From NCBI RefSeq assembly GCF_004010195.1, contig NC_057718.1, positions 105,005,983-105,041,176 on the forward strand: a stretch of DNA of 35,194 nucleotides, given 5' to 3'. The position numbers and the translations under genes were made by a program. Below the pieces are notes generated by a model. It was not told where the DNA came from, made no database searches, and saw only the letters and a program-made list of their open reading frames with translations. Of this stretch, positions 23,982 through 34,547 are shown one piece after another. This DNA is from Chiloscyllium plagiosum. Its lineage: Eukaryota. The stretch's first letter is position 1; each line of letters opens with the position of its first letter.

Positions 23982-24052
23982 GGCAACTGAGAAGGTAGCG
24001 GATGAAAGAATAATTGATGGGGGTTCAGTCCATGTCTGGCTAGATATGACCA
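23982..24052 (+). CDS. abch1: ABCH-like transporter, exon H (extracellular domain)
   Basis: cttttag| ... |gtaagt. 71 nt, phase 2/1. ATEKVADERIIDGGSVHVWLDMT(N). The V.LDMTN-Q-I motif is typical of ABCH extracellular domains. Confidence 0.9.
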
Positions 24053-24896
24053 GTAAGTTTATGATCTCACTCTCATTGTATGCTGTGGCAAATGGGAATG
24101 TTTGACCTGTGTTGTAGAAACGTAGTTCATGGCTCATGTTGTATTTGAGAGGTAATGGTTAGTTCGGGGAAGATTATTGTTGTGGAGGTAAGTTGCCACT
24201 GCCAACTGCCACTAGACGAGTCAGAACTCCGACTAAAATCTGACGTGATAAATCAGACTTTTTATCTTCTCGATTTAATGATGTGGTCTTTCACAAAAGC
24301 ACAAGACACAATCCTGCAATTTTGGTTTTAACAATAAAACAGGCGTTTATTGCACAAATGAAAAGAAACTAAGTGATTTATATATCACACATGTTTAAAG
24401 ATTTCAAAGCACACAGTCAGCAATAATCCCATGAATTCCAACAGCATATCTTTAGTGTACTCCAACACCAGAGAGAGTTCACCGCTCCATCACACCAAGG
24501 ATCTGACTTAGCTTTGGCTTTAGAGAATCTGATTGCCTCTTCCTTGAGCTTTCATATAACTGAGCACAGATTTTCTCAGCTTCAAATAACCTCCTCAGGG
24601 TTTTAATTAAAGACGTCTGCTTTAGAAAGTTTAAATGAAACTCCTTGCACTAAAGTAATCTATTTCTCAACAGTTTGAAACTATCTCAAGAGTACTCATC
24701 CACCTTCAGCCAAACTTTCTGCAATCCTGCCAGACTGAAACCCAAATACTTTTTTCAAACACTAGGTGTTTCCCTTCCTGAAAGAAGAAAGCACAATCTC
24801 TGACCTTCAAAACTAAAATTCTAACAGCCAACTGTTTACTTATTTGTTCATACAATCTCTCCTGAAGTAAGCAAATTCCATTAGTCTCCAAGAACT

Positions 24897-25030
24897 ATCT
24901 GAGGAAGGGTCACTGGACCCAAAACGTTAACTCTGATTTTTCTCCACCGATGCTGCCAGACCTACTGAGCTTTTCCAGCAATTTCTGTTTTTGTTTCTGA
25001 TTTTCAGCATCTGCAGTTCTTTCGGTTTTT
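24897..25030 (+). mobile_element. Family A-related hammerhead-type fragment (GAAA mutated to AAAA)
   Basis: CTGAGGA-A-GGGTC(actg)GACCC-AAAA-CGTT, then gatgctgccagacct.ctgagcttttccagc tail. Confidence 0.7.
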
Positions 25031-25599
25031 AATTAAACCTCTACACAAGTTGACATCTGTCCTCTGTCAACTATACAATAAAGTCCACTGTTCTCCTTGG
25101 CTCTGCAATTTGCTGCTTGGTGTCTCAACATCAACAGAGCTGGCTGACCTGAAACTACCTACATAGTGCTTCAAATAAAAAATAATAATTCAAAATAGGG
25201 ACACTAATCTCGCTAAGACCACATGCACACTTTAGGCTAACGATACATGTATTTCAGTTATTGCTATCAAATATCATGGCGCCTTGTGACAAAAATAAAG
25301 GAAATTGCACTTTCAAGAACTTTAATGCGAATGGAGAGTGTTAAAGGCACTTGACAAAGAGAGAATAAATAAAGAAATTTGAGTGGAACTCAATGTCAAG
25401 CATAATCCACTGAGAAGGTAAAGAGCACTGAGAAAATTATAGAAGACAATGAGATTGGAGAATGGAATACTGACACCAAAGTGATGTGACTCACAGAAAA
25501 CTCCGGCATTTCAGAGGCTGCTCTTCCCTTGGGAAAACAATCCCATGAAAGCCAGGCCAGACAGAGTGTGAATAACAGGAGGTTGCTATGGGGAAAGCT

Positions 25600-27030
25600 G
25601 AAAGCTTAAAGTGGACATTGACAACATGGGTCCAGCAATGGCTGCAGTTTGTGGTTTTAATCGTGACACTACCTTGTTTACAAGCAGCTTTGTGGGAGGA
25701 CTTTGAAAAGCAGGACTACAAATGGAGTAATCTCTGGATCACTCCCAGTAACATGCAGTAGTGACAATCAGAACAAGAGGATCAAGCAGACGGATGTGTG
25801 GCTGGAGAGAAGAGACATGCCAGGGTTTTTTTTAACTCCTGAGAGGTTAGGATCCTTCCTGGGGGCGGTGGGTGGGTCACATCTGAACAGGAATGAGATT
25901 AAGAGTAGTTTTGGAAAAGAATGTGGATAGGCCAGGAATAAAATAAACTAGAACAGTTTCTCAATGATGAAAAGCTAACTTTATTAAACTAAGACAGGAC
26001 TTGGCTCAAACAGACTGGGAGTAACTCGAAGCAGACATAACCATGTCAGAACAGTGGGATGTGTTCAAAGATGAAATATTGACAGTACAGGGGAACATCT
26101 TCCTGTAAAGACAAAGGGGAGAGGCGTCCAAAACCCAAGGAAACCTGGACAGGATTCAGAAAAAGGGAGAAACTAATGGCTGATACTGAGGACTCAATAC
26201 AGCAGCGACCCGAGGGGGGGTTGAAAACATGGATGGGGTGCATTTAAAATGAAAAATACAAAAGCAAAGAAAATGAATGAGAGAGCATTGGTGTGTAGAA
26301 TACGGGAAAACCCAAAGGTGTTTCTTAGGTTTTTACAGGGTAAGAGAATAATTAGGGAAAAGGTAGGACCCATTAGGGAATTACAGAGTGTGCGTGTGTA
26401 GGTGTATGTATGTGTGTCTGTGTGTGTGTGTCTGTGTGTGTGAGTGTCTGCGTGGGGATGTGTGTCTGTGTGTGTGTCTGTGTGTGGAGGGGGTGTTTGT
26501 GAGTACCTAGAGGACATGAGCACAGACCTCAATGAATACTTCACAGGAGTCATCACAATAGAAAATAGACTGACTGTGTGGGGTTTGCACATTCTCCCAG
26601 TGTCTGTGTGGGCTTCCTCCGGGTGCTCCGGTTTCCTCCCACAGTCCAAAAATGTGCAGGTTAGGTGAACTGGCCATGCTAAATTGCCCGTAGTGTTAGG
26701 TGAAGGGGTAAATGTAAGGGAATGGGTCTGGGTGGGTTGCTCTTTGGAGGGTCGGTGTGGACTTGTTGGGCTGAAGGGCCCGTTTCCACACTGTAGGGAA
26801 TCTAATCTAATCAGAAGATATTAAGAGAGAGAGAGTGATGGTCCCAGCAACTGTAAAAATGGATATATCGAGATGGGATGAATCCCTGCCTGTTGAGGGT
26901 CATGAGGGAGGAAATATCAGGGACCATGTCAGGAATTTTCAAATCTATTGTGATTACAGGTAAGATGCTAAAAGATTGGAGAACTGCTAACATTATCCCA
27001 TTATTAAAGAGGGAGGCAGAGATAGGTTAG
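25600..27030 (+). mobile_element. Highly degenerate CR1-type LINE body, interrupted by a TG tract and a SINE
   Basis: Remnant ORF2-like phrases (gaaaacccaaaggtgttt, ctcaatgaatacttc, gattggagaactgctaacattatcccattattaaaga). No intact ORF. Confidence 0.5.
26570..26812 (+). mobile_element. 5'-truncated HE1/V-SINE-like SINE
   Basis: V-domain-like core tttgcacattctccc.gtgtctgtgtggg.ttcctccgggtgctccggtttcctcccacagtccaaa, LINE-derived 3' end, (AATCT)n tail. Confidence 0.8.
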
Positions 27031-27199
27031 GAATTTGTTGAACTGAATTGAGTTGAATTAGGACAAAGACAGAAAGATTCTTGTTTGGCACAGAATCTGG
27101 GGCTATCGAGGATAAATGGGAATGTGGCATTGGAAACACAAACAGAGCAGCCGCAGTCTCATTCACAGAGTCTCAGAATTGCTACCGAGCCATTGTGCC

Positions 27200-28110
27200 G
27201 CTTCCCCATATCCCCATATCCCCACCCCCCCCATTTCCCCATATCCCCATATCTCTGCACCCCATTTCCCCATATCCCCGCCCCCCCATTTCCCNNNNNN
27301 NNNNNNNNNNNNNNNNNNNNNNNNNNNNNNNNNNNNNNNNNNNNNNNNNNNNNNNNNNNNNNNNNNNNNNNNNNNNNNNNNNNNNNNNNNNNNNNNNNNN
27401 NNNNNNNNNNNNNNNNNNNNNNNNNNNNNNNNNNNNNNNNNNNNNNNNNNNNNNNNNNNNNNNNNNNNNNNNNNNNNNNNNNNNNNNNNNNNNNNNNNNN
27501 NNNNNNNNNNNNNNNNNNNNNNNNNNNNNNNNNNNNNNNNNNNNNNNNNNNNNNNNNNNNNNNNNNNNNNNNNNNNNNNNNNNNNNNNNNNNNNNNNNNN
27601 NNNNNNNNNNNNNNNNNNNNNNNNNNNNNNNNNNNNNNNNNNNNNNNNNNNNNNNNNNNNNNNNNNNNNNNNNNNNNNNNNNNNNNNNNNNNNNNNNNNN
27701 NNNNNNNNNNNNNNNNNNNNNNNNNNNNNNNNNNNNNNNNNNNNNNNNNNNNNNNNNNNNNNNNNNNNNNNNNNNNNNNNNNNNNNNNNNNNNNNNNNNN
27801 NNNNNNNNNNNNNNNNNNNNNNNNNNNNNNNNNNNNNNNNNNNNNNNNNNNNNNNNNNNNNNNNNNNNNNNNNNNNNNNNNNNNNNNNNNNNNNNNNNNN
27901 NNNNNNNNNNNNNNNNNNNNNNNNNNNNNNNNNNNNNNNNNNNNNNNNNNNNNNNNNNNNNNNNNNNNNNNNNNNNNNNNNNNNNNNNNTTCTCCATATC
28001 CCCACACCCCATTTCCCCGTATCCCCACACCCCATTTCCCCATATCCCCACACTCCAATTCTCCATATCCCTGCACCCCATTTCTCCATATCCCTGCACC
28101 CCATTTCTTC
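27200..28110. repeat. C-rich CCCCATAT/CCCCATTT tandem repeat containing gap 27295-27990
   Basis: Directly visible on both sides of the N run. Confidence 0.93.
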
Positions 28111-28442
28111 CCAAGTAGTCATCCAATTCCCTCTTGAGTGCCTCCATTGATCCTGCATTCCAGACACTAACTACTTCCTGGGTGAAAAGCTCTTTCCTCA
28201 CGTTCCCTTGCTTCATTTGTACATCACTTTCAGTCTCTGTGCTCTCGTTCCTGTTCATCTGAAGAGCAGGAACTGTTTTTCCCTTTCTCCATTGTCCAGG
28301 CTGCTCCTGATTCTGGGGAAGGGGCTGAGGAGGCAGGTCTCGCCCCTAATTCCCATGTTCATATCAGACTGTGCACCGTTCTCTCAAATTGGGATTACAA
28401 TCACTCCGCAATCGAGAATACTTTTCGATTCTGTCCCAAACT

Positions 28443-28605
28443 AAACCAGAAGTTGCTGGAAAAGTTTAGCAGGTCTGGCAGCTTCTGTAAAGAGAAATCA
28501 AAGTTAGCATTTCGGGTCCAGTGACCTTCCCTCAGAAATGTAAGCTCTTCCAGCAACTTCTGTTTTTGTTTCTGATTTACAGCATCTGCACTTCTCTCAG
28601 TTTTC
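28443..28605. mobile_element. Inverted (minus then plus) pair of family A-related fragments
   Basis: cagaagttgctggaa near 28447 pairs with ttccagcaacttctg near 28548. A damaged minus-strand hammerhead lies at about 28505-28537. Confidence 0.7.
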
Positions 28606-28885
28606 ATTCTGTCTGTCTGGACTGAAGCCCATTTCCTGCCTTATTAACCTCAATACTGTGCTGGGAAATAACCTAACAGATCTGGGGCTCACCTTCTCTG
28701 AGCCTCTGCTCCAGTTCTGGGAGGGTTCCTGACCCAACGTTTGATTCTAGGGCTGCTGCCCTCCAGCCAGCAGTTCAAGGAGGCAGCTCCCCCCACCATC
28801 TCATGGGCAACCAGAGACAGGTAATAATTACAGACCCTGCCAGTGCCACCCAGGACCCAGGAACAACTCACAAACATGTCAGACT

Positions 28886-29010
28886 ATCACCTGATGAAGG
28901 AGCGTCGCTCTGAAAGCTAGTGTGCTTCCAATTAAACCTGTTGGACTATAATCTGGTGTTGTGTGATTTTTAACTTTCTACACCCCAGTCCAACACCGGT
29001 ATCTCCAAAT
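28886..29010 (+). mobile_element. Family B hammerhead-bearing insertion with 11-bp target-site duplication
   Basis: CATGTCAGACT at 28875-28885 and 29011-29021. CAC-CTGATGA (28891-28897)-A-GGAGC(gtc)GCTCT-GAAA-GCTA-GTG. Confidence 0.85.
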
Positions 29011-29294
29011 CATGTCAGACTGGCATCATCTATTCCTGCCCCAGGCTGGGCAATGCTCAGAGAGAGAGTCACTGACATTTGTGGTTGCCTGTTGATGTTG
29101 ATGACTAGCCAGTAAGGTTTCTCAAAGAACCAGCTGTCAGAAGGAACCATCAGCTGTGATTAGTTGGGTGTTTATCTTGTTTAGACAGTTTGAGATGACG
29201 GGGACCTCGTTCACAGAGGCTGCCCTGAGCTCTGCCTGTCTTTCAGCTGATGCTGGGATTTAGTGGCACAGCCTGCCTTCACACTAATATAAAG

Positions 29295-30990
29295 GCCAAG
29301 AATATAAAGGAGGATAGTAAAAGCTTGTTTAGGTATGTGAAAGGGAAAAAATGGTGAAGACTAAACTTGGGCCCTTGAAGACAGAAACAGGGGAATATAT
29401 TACGGGGAACAAAGAAATGGCAGAATTGAATTGGTACTTCAGATTGGTACTTCAATCCCCAGGGAGATTGCTTGGGGAAGACTCAAGCAATCTCCCTGAG
29501 GTAACAGTGCCTGAAGGACCTGAACTTAAGGGACTTTATATTTGCCAGGATTTGGTGTTGGAGAGACTGTTAGGTCTGAAGGTTGATAAGTCCCCTGGGG
29601 CCTGATGGTCTACATCCCAGGGTACTGAAGGAGGTGGCTCGAGAAATCGTGGATGAAATTATGATACATCTGGATAGTAGTAACAGGATAGGTCAGAGTC
29701 AGTATGGATTTATGAAGGGGAAATCATGCTTGACTCATCTTCTGGAATTTTTTGAGGATGTAACTCTGAAGATGGACGAGGGAGATCCAGTAGATGTTGT
29801 GTACCTGGACTTTCAGAAAGCTTTTGATAAAGTCCCACATAGGTGGTTAGTGAGTAAAATTAGGGCGCATGGTATTGGGGGCAAAGTACTAACTTGGATT
29901 GAAAGTTGGTTGGCTGATAGGAAACAAAGAGTAGTGATAAACGGCTCCATTTCGGAATGGCAGGCAGTGACCAGTGGGGTACCGCAGGGATCAGTACTAG
30001 GACAGCAGTTTTTTACAATATACGTTAATGATATATAAGATGGTATTAGCAATAACATTAGCAAATTTGCTGATGATACTAAGCTGGGTGGCAGGGTGAA
30101 ATGTGATGAGGATGTTAGGAGATTACAGGGTGACCTGGACAAGTTAGGTGAGTGGTCAGATGCATGGCAGATGCAGTTTAATGTGGATAAATGTATGGTT
30201 ATCTACTTTGGTGGCAAGAACAGGAAGGCAGATTACTATCTAGATGGAATCAATTTAGGTAAAGGGGCAGTACAGAGCGATCTGGGTGTTCTTGGACACC
30301 AGTCAATGAAGGTAAGCATGCAGGTAGAGCAGGTAGTGAAGAAGGCTAATAGCATGCTGACCTTCGTAACAAGAGGGATTGAGCATAGAAGCAAAGAGGT
30401 GCTTCTGCAGCTGTACAGGGCCCTGGTGAGACCACACCTGGATTACTATATGCAGTTCTGGTCTCCAAATTTGAGGAAAGACATTCTGGCTATTGAGGGA
30501 GTGCAGCGTAGGTTCACGAGGTCAATTCCCGGAATGGCGGGATTACCTTACGCTGAAAGACTGGAGCGACTGGGCTTGTATACCCTTGAGTTTAGAAGAC
30601 TGAGAGGGGATCTGATTGAGACATATAAGATTATTAAAGGATTGGACAGGAAACATGTTTCCGCTGATGGGTGAGTGCCGAACCAGAGGACACAGCTTAA
30701 AAATACGGGGTAGACCATTTAGGACAAAGATGAGAAGAAACTTCTTCACCCAGAGAGTGGTGGCTGTGTGGAATGCTCTGCCCCAGAGGGCAGTGGAGGC
30801 CCAGTCTCTGGATTCATTTAAGAAAGAGTTGGATAGAGCTCTCAAAGATAGTGGAATCAAGGGTTATGGAGAAAAGGCAGGAACAGGATACTGATTAAGG
30901 ATGATCAGCCATGATCATATTGAATGGTGGTGCAGGCTTGAAGGGCAGAATGGCCTACTCCTGCACCTATTGTCTATTATCTATTGTCTA
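29295..30990 (+). mobile_element. 5'-truncated CR1-type LINE, pseudogenised reverse transcriptase
   Basis: ORF pieces with QYGFMKGKSCLT, YLDFQKAFDKVPH, SGVPQGSVLG, FADDTK, DLGV and FFTQRVV..WN.LP. Contains frameshifts and a stop. (CTATTGT)n tail. Confidence 0.95.
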
Positions 30991-31173
30991 AAGCTGCCAA
31001 CATCCAATTCAGTCACCCCCTGGTCACTGACCCATCCATCATGGAACTTGTTGTTATTTACTCCCAGGCATAGCTAAGGCCAGTATTTAATACCCAATCC
31101 TCAGTGGTCCTTGGGAAGGTGTGAGTGAGCTCCTTCTGGAATGAGGGCCTTGCCTGACCATTTCAGAGGGAGT

Positions 31174-31277
31174 AGGCAAAACTGAGGACTGCAGATTCTG
31201 GAAAAGCACTGCAGGTCAGGCAGCATCCGAGGAGCAGGAAAATCAACGTTTCGGGCAAAAGCCCTTCATCAGGAAGC
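31174..31277 (-). mobile_element. Family A hammerhead-bearing insertion with 16-bp target-site duplication
   Basis: CCATTTCAGAGGGAGT at 31158-31173 and 31278-31293. Confidence 0.88.
31243..31274 (-). ncRNA. Minimal type I hammerhead ribozyme motif (family A, intact core, antisense to host gene)
   Basis: Reverse complement UC-CUGAUGA-A-GGGC(uuuu)GCCC-GAAA-CG-UU-GA. Palindromic ACGU stem III, GUU triplet, but only a very short stem I. Confidence 0.65.
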
Positions 31278-31845
31278 CCATTTCAGAGGGAGTGCTGTGG
31301 TATGGGTCTGAGTACAGACAGACGGCAGATTTGCTTCTCTATAGAAACTGAATGCCCTACCTTTGGAATGGATCATCACAGATCCCAGGATATTGGTCAG
31401 AAACTGCAGTTATTTCTCTTTCTGATTTTAGTATATTGCATTGTTTTCTTCACTCAGCCTTGTGACAATGTCATGACAAATTCACATAGCTCCCACCCTC
31501 TTGAATCCAAGAAGTGGCCGTATGTCAGAGTTAGGAGGTCTTCTTGAAGTGCAGTTCCTTTCAGGAAGGTCCACGGGTGGATGTGTTAGTGAGACTCAGT
31601 AAGGCACCAGTTTACAGCAACCTCTTGTGGTTCTAGATTGGCTTTAATGTTGGAGCTAATCCCAGGACACCTTGATAAGTTGACACCAGATCACATCAGG
31701 GAACATGAGGACAGCTGGGGTGGATTTGAAAAAGTGTCTTCACTTAAAAGAGAGGTTTTTGGGAGGAGTTTGATAGGGTAAGGACCCAACCAGTGAAAGG
31801 AGTGGCAGGGTCCCTCTAATTCAGCAATCACCTCAGCCTGACCCA

Positions 31846-31873
31846 GACACACACACACACACACACACACACA
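31846..31873. repeat. (AC)n microsatellite
   Basis: Directly visible. Confidence 0.95.
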
Positions 31874-32129
31874 CCCCGATACACCTTGAACCAAGCGTTT
31901 GGTCACCTTGTATCTCCTGATGTCAGATTGAATTTGCTACAGAAGGTGAGCAATGGCCTGAGATCCTTCAGTCTGTTCAAGGCACTACAGAAATGCAAGA
32001 TTTTTTAAAATGTTGTTTATTTAAAAGATGAAATGTGTCCTATTTAATTTAATAGTTTTCTACTTCTGTTTGTGAAAGCAGTTGTAGTTGAAATAGAATT
32101 AATCTGTTGATGTGTTGATTTATGTTTAG

Positions 32130-32179
32130 ACCAAGAAATTGCATTCACTATCAAAGTCAAGCTGCAAGAAGCTTTTGAG
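32130..32179 (+). CDS. abch1: ABCH-like transporter, exon I
   Basis: tgtttag| ... |gtaatt. 50 nt, phase 1/0. (N)QEIAFTIKVKLQEAFE. Confidence 0.87.
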
Positions 32180-32271
32180 GTAATTTTAGAAAAACCATCC
32201 CTAAGTTATCACACTTCCCAGCACCTGGTTTGCTCCACACTTTACATTGTCTGTCTGACCTTTTACCTTAG

Positions 32272-32328
32272 GGGTTTGTTAAGGTGGTCCTGGGAAAGGC
32301 TTCATATCTGTTCTCTCCTCCAGTGAAG
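32272..32328 (+). CDS. abch1: ABCH-like transporter, exon J
   Basis: taccttag| ... |gtaagg. 57 nt, phase 0/0, after a 92-nt intron. GFVKVVLGKASYLFSPPVK. Confidence 0.85.
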
Positions 32329-32351
32329 GTAAGGAACATAATTTGTCATTG

Positions 32352-33400
32352 AATAGAGACATAGAGACATAGAGATGTACAGCACGGAAACAGACCCTTC
32401 AGTCCAACCCGTCCATGCTGACCAGATATCCCAACCCAATCCAGTCCCACCTGCCAGCACTTGGCCCATATCCCTCCAAACCCTTCCTAATCATATACCC
32501 ATCCAAATGCCTCTTAAATGTTGCAATTGTACCAGCCTCCACCACTTCCTCTGGCAGCTCATTCCTTACACGTACCACCCTCTGTGTGAAAACGTTGCTC
32601 CTTAGGTCTCTATTATATCTTTCCCCTCTCACCCTAAACCTGTACCCTCTAGTCCTGGACTCCCCGACCCTAGGGAAAAGACTTTGCCAATCAACCACAC
32701 CGTCCTGTGGCCCAACATTTCAACTCCCCCTCCCACTCTGCCGAGGACATGGAGGTCCTGGGCCTCCTTCACCGCCGCTCCCTCACCACCAGACGCCTGG
32801 AGGAAGAACGCCTCATCTTCCACCTCGGAACACTTCAACCCCAGGGCATCAATGTGGACTTCAACAGTTTCCTCATTTCCCCTTNNNNNNNNNNNNNNNN
32901 NNNNNNNNNNNNNNNNNNNNNNNNNNNNNNNNNNNNNNNNNNNNNNNNNNNNNNNNNNNNNNNNNNNNNNNNNNNNNNNNNNNNNNNNNNNNNNNNNNNN
33001 NNNNNNNNNNNNNNNNNNNNNNNNNNNNNNNNNNNNNNNNNNNNNNNNNNNNNNNNNNNNNNNNNNNNNNNNNNNNNNNNNNNNNNCAGCATGTTCAGCT
33101 TCTCCCTATAGCTCAGATCCTTCAACCCTGGCAACATCCTTGTAAATCTTTTTTGAACCCTTTCAAGTTTCACAACATCCTTCCCATAGGAAGGAGACAA
33201 GAATTACACGCAATATTCCAACAGTGGCCTAACCAATGTCCTGTACAGCTGCAACATGACCTCCCACCTCCTGTACTCTATACTCTGACCAATAAAGGAA
33301 AGCATACCAAACACCTTCTTCACTATCCTATCTACCTGCGACTCCACTTTCAAGGAGCTATGAACCTGCACTCCAAGGTCTCTTTGTTCAGCAATACTCA
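32352..33400 (-). mobile_element. CR1-type LINE 3' portion (same family as 7720-8825), interrupted by a Penelope fragment and gap 32885-33086
   Basis: Minus-strand peptides DLGVQVHSSLKVESQVD, LERVQKRFTRMLPGL and FTQRVVRVRNELPEEVV. Tail repeats at 32352-32375. Confidence 0.9.
32690..32884 (+). mobile_element. Penelope-like GIY-YIG endonuclease C-terminal fragment
   Basis: AQHFNSPSHSAEDMEVLGLLHRRSLTTRRLEEERLIFHLGTLQPQGINVDF. Confidence 0.8.
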
Positions 33401-34547
33401 ACACTTGCTATGATTTAACTAAGACCAAAACGAGTCTCAGACGGAAGATAAATAAGAATGAACTCTCACTGTTTAATGATGCTGTGGTCCCTGAATTGTA
33501 AATTTTATATTTTAGACCATAGGAGCAGGTGCAGGCCATTCAGCCCATCGAATATGTTCTCCCATTCAATGAGATCATAGCTGATCTGATCATCCTCAAC
33601 TCCATTTTCCTGCCTTTTCCACATAATCCTCGATTCCCCTTCCCAATTAAAAATCTGTGTCTCTCAGCCTTGTATCCTGGAAATGGATTTCCATAGCCAT
33701 CAATTCCACATGAAACTGGGAGATGGGAGAACTGTGTCCATTGATACTCTCCTGCTAACTTCAATGCAACCAAAGGGAGAGCTTAGTGCTGGTCACTTCC
33801 ATCTGATGCTGTTCTCGCGATGTTTGCTGGTCAGTATTTCCCCGGTCACCACATACTGGCCATTGTTTTTGTGAGAGCCAATGGCAGTCACATGACCTCT
33901 CAGTTTCTCTCCTGCCCTGTTCCTATAACATGATGTCCCAAGGTCAGAAGATGCCCTGAGGTCAAGAGGTACTCAGCCTTTACTGGTGGTTTTAGTCTGT
34001 CTGTATGGGGAGTTATTACTCTGCTCTTACTGGTGGTTATAACTCGATCTTAACTGACAATAATTACACGGTCCTTACCAGTGGTTAGTTTTCTGTCTTT
34101 ACAGATCATTTGGTCTCTCTTTCATTCTTGGCCCAGGGCACTGTGTCCAATGGTGATTCCATGAATGTTGGGCAGTTTAAATCCACAGTCAGCAAAGGCC
34201 TTCAGCTCAATTGGAGACACTCCAGCATTCTCTATCTTATTACTGTCAACAACTCAGAGCACCACAGGGAGGGCTACAGTATTAGCCACATTCGGATTTC
34301 TGACACGAGATTAAACCTAGTGTGTAAATAATCCCTTTACAATCCCTCTCAGCATTGTACATTGCACAATACCACAGGATCCTTGTTGGAGACAGAAAGG
34401 TTTTTTCTGATGTTAGGAAAATGAGTTAATTATTTGGGCACTTGTAAAGCACATTGGATTTGAAGCTCAGAGTTCAATATGAGGTCGTGAGGTAATGAGT
34501 GATTTATAAATAAATATGTTATTAATAACTACATTGTTTTGTTGTAG

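Noticed and set aside
24178..25291. Possible solo LTR (TGT...ACA-bounded, AT-rich)
   Set aside because: No target-site duplication, primer-binding site or second copy is visible. Cannot be supported without a repeat library.
27081..28258. 300-358 aa ORFs in all six frames
   Set aside because: Artefacts of the 696-nt gap plus a C-rich tandem repeat.
34105..34164. Possible extra exon after the acceptor-like tctttacag
   Set aside because: Phase 0 reading hits TGA, there is no ABC-like peptide, and exons J and K already join in frame.
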